From: a virus
Virus record (IMG/VR): IMGVR_UViG_3300025528_000383
DNA: 25,596 nt
Strand: one strand, 5' to 3'
Shown: positions 23,649 through 25,596 of the stretch, piece by piece
Numbering within the stretch: position 1 is the first letter of the stretch
How the letters are laid out: every line of letters begins with the position of its first letter
Position numbers and translations under genes: made by a program
Notes under the pieces: generated by a model
What the model was told of the DNA's origin: nothing
The model's database searches: none
The model's input: the letters and a program-made list of their open reading frames with translations, nothing else

Positions 23649-23704
23649 TAAGAAAACTAGAAAAACAGGAATGGCCTTCCATTTTTTAAGAAAGGAGAAG
23701 TTTC

Positions 23705-24220
23705 ATGGAACAGATACAGGAACAGATACAACAACTTGTAAGAGAAGTCGGAAGCCGGCTGGCCATGCCCGTCCGGGGCTTTCCGTGGATCGGTCCGGTG
23801 CTCAAACCCCATCGGCAGCATTTCGTCGAATTTTGGGGATGGGATGGAGAGATTTACGTAAGGGATCGAGGACTCCTGTCATTACAGGAGTATTACCGAT
23901 TGGTCCTCAATAAAGGCCTTTGCTTGTGGATGAATGGCTACATCATAGGACCAACCTGGATCTCCACTCATTATAATTCACTCCACCGTGAATATTTGGG
24001 GCGGTTTCGCCTTCGTGAGGCGGAGATCCAAAAGAAACAAAGAGAGAAAAAGGATTATGCTGTTATCGAGGGTCTGGAGGCTGTGTTTGAGTCAGCAGTA
24101 GAGCTCTACCGCCAGGGTGTCTTCGACGAGAAAATGTTGAAGGCCCGTATTTGGCGGTACGTGAAGCCGGAACACAGAGAGCATGTATTTGCGGAGCTGG
24201 TTGCAAAAAAAGGAGCTTAG
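23705..24220 (+). CDS. Hypothetical protein (171 aa)
   Basis: RBS AGAAAGGAG; convergent with 24217..25077. Confidence 0.75.
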   Translation: MEQIQEQIQQLVREVGSRLAMPVRGFPWIGPVLKPHRQHFVEFWGWDGEIYVRDRGLLSLQEYYRLVLNKGLCLWMNGYIIGPTWISTHYNSLHREYLGRFRLREAEIQKKQREKKDYAVIEGLEAVFESAVELYRQGVFDEKMLKARIWRYVKPEHREHVFAELVAKKGA

Positions 24221-24246
24221 GGGTTACCTCTTGGCTCCTTTTTTTT
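24205..24246. terminator. Bidirectional terminator over two overlapping stop codons
   Basis: A7-GGAGC...GCTCC-T run spanning the TTAG stop overlap at 24217-24220. Confidence 0.75.
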
Positions 24247-25077
24247 GTCTACTTTTTGATCCTCAACCGGTAATTTTCCGGTCACCAAAAACACCTTGTA
24301 TAGCAAATCCGAATAAACTTTCTCAAACCCCTTTTCCATTTCCTTGTGGAGCTTTACTTTCTCCCCGTCTTCCGGAGTGGTGGCATGCCACAACCCCTGG
24401 GTATCCGACTTCAGAAAGAACCCGCCCGTAAGCCGAAGCCCGGGTTCTCCGTCCGGCGATTGGCCGGTCACAATGATAGCCGCTACCGCCTTCTCTGGAT
24501 CCTTCTCCCATCGGGCAAGCCGGCAATAAACGCCTTCTCCGATCTGAATCGTGATGGCGTGGACGTTCGCCAGCAAGATCGGAGCCAACGCCTCCAACAA
24601 GGAAGGGAGGAACGGTTTTTCTACACCTCCAAGAGTCACGAATCTGCGAGTTGGCTCGATGAAGAGGTGAAACAGTTTTGTATATGGGGCCCCGAGTTCA
24701 AACATGTAGGCGAAGTAATGACCACCCGTCTCGATAAAACGAAGTAACTTTCTCTGAAACCCATGATTGATTTGCTCATTAGCGATTTCTTTGTAGAATT
24801 TGAATTTCGTCCCGAGGGCGGTGGAAATGAGGTCACGGTCGTCTTTGGAGATGAGAGTCAGAAAATCATTGGAGAAGATCTTCTCTTTCAATTTGTCTGG
24901 GACCTCGTCTGTCTGGATTTCGGTTAAGTCCAACGCCTTGGGATCTTCCGGGTCTTCTCTCAATTCAAACAGGGTCACCTCGGTGATGAGATCCCCGAGA
25001 ATGTGGTAGATTCGATAGAAGATCCGTCCATCCACAGAGATTTTTGCCACCCGTTTTTCACTTTGCCATTCATACAC
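24217..25077 (-). CDS. Hypothetical protein (286 aa)
   Basis: GTG start with RBS GGAAGGTGA; follows the peptidase gene. Confidence 0.75.
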   Translation of the reverse strand: MYEWQSEKRVAKISVDGRIFYRIYHILGDLITEVTLFELREDPEDPKALDLTEIQTDEVPDKLKEKIFSNDFLTLISKDDRDLISTALGTKFKFYKEIANEQINHGFQRKLLRFIETGGHYFAYMFELGAPYTKLFHLFIEPTRRFVTLGGVEKPFLPSLLEALAPILLANVHAITIQIGEGVYCRLARWEKDPEKAVAAIIVTGQSPDGEPGLRLTGGFFLKSDTQGLWHATTPEDGEKVKLHKEMEKGFEKVYSDLLYKVFLVTGKLPVEDQKVDKKKEPRGNP

Positions 25078-25098
25078 AGATGTTCACCTTCCTTTGAT

Positions 25099-25596
25099 TC
25101 AAAAGAGTACCCACAAAAGCAAGAGATAATAGCTGACGGTGAATGCTGGGGCAAAAGGAAGCGTCGCTTTCTGGGAAGCGTTCTTTCTAAATAGCCAGTG
25201 TCCAAAGAAAAAGAGGAGTTGAATGAGGCAAGCGACAAGGAGGATAAGGCTAATTGCGTAGGGTCCCGTCCAGAATCCCATCACGGAGACGAATTTGATG
25301 TCCCCTCCAAAGGCATGGTTTGCGATCATCCCAGGAATGAAGAGGAGTAAAAAACCAACGACAAGCCCAATCGGGTGCAAAAGCCCTAAAGAGAGACTTC
25401 CACCGGGGACGATCCAGAGGCAAACTCCCACCAATAGGAAGGCGAGGTTCAGCTTATTCTTGACTTTCATGGTTCGAATGTCCATGATAAAGGCCCATAC
25501 AGCAAAAAGCCCAAATAACAAAATGGCAACAGGGGTTGCGACGGAAGCACGGAATCCCCCCTCCGCCAAAGCAAACCATTCATGGAGAAGAACCAA
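25099..25596 (-). CDS. A24-family prepilin peptidase (5' end may lie outside the window)
   Basis: Polytopic; catalytic Asp motifs AFIMDIRTMKVKN and FGGDIKF; C-terminal LPFAPAF. Confidence 0.85.
   Translation of the reverse strand: MVLLHEWFALAEGGFRASVATPVAILLFGLFAVWAFIMDIRTMKVKNKLNLAFLLVGVCLWIVPGGSLSLGLLHPIGLVVGFLLLFIPGMIANHAFGGDIKFVSVMGFWTGPYAISLILLVACLIQLLFFFGHWLFRKNASQKATLPFAPAFTVSYYLLLLWVLF

Noticed and set aside
1-25596. CRISPR array, tRNA, rRNA, IS element or integrase
   Set aside because: No regularly spaced repeats, cloverleaf, transposase or recombinase motifs were seen.

Overview
A roughly 50% GC Bacillota (Bacillaceae-like) segment that reads as the backbone of a large conjugative plasmid or megaplasmid. 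The left end holds a Gram-positive type IV secretion module on the minus strand: two VirB2-like pilin paralogs, PrgI, a VirB4 partner, VirB4, and a secreted/membrane gene running off the window that the ORF track missed. Next come two 471-aa CHC2 zinc-finger/TOPRIM primase paralogs, a Uma2 nuclease, SSB, a NucS-domain plus type IIA topoisomerase (B and A) operon, a sporulation-type (SigE/SigK-like) sigma factor, a TlpA/ResA thioredoxin and an A24 prepilin peptidase. The most interesting signal is non-coding. (1) A repeated SigE-like promoter, GTnATR-N16-CATAGCAT, has 5 intergenic copies with an exact -10 plus degenerate copies, in front of the conjugation operon, one primase and small cassettes; it is the plausible regulon of the element's own sigma factor. 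(2) A separate 16-bp palindromic operator, ATTRCCWATAGKCAAT (8 copies), overlaps or flanks sigma-A promoters of the other primase, ssb, the topoisomerase operon and tlpA, and precedes the sigma gene itself. Together these suggest a repressor -> private sigma -> transfer cascade. Motifs were found by eye and family calls come from recognised motifs, not database searches.
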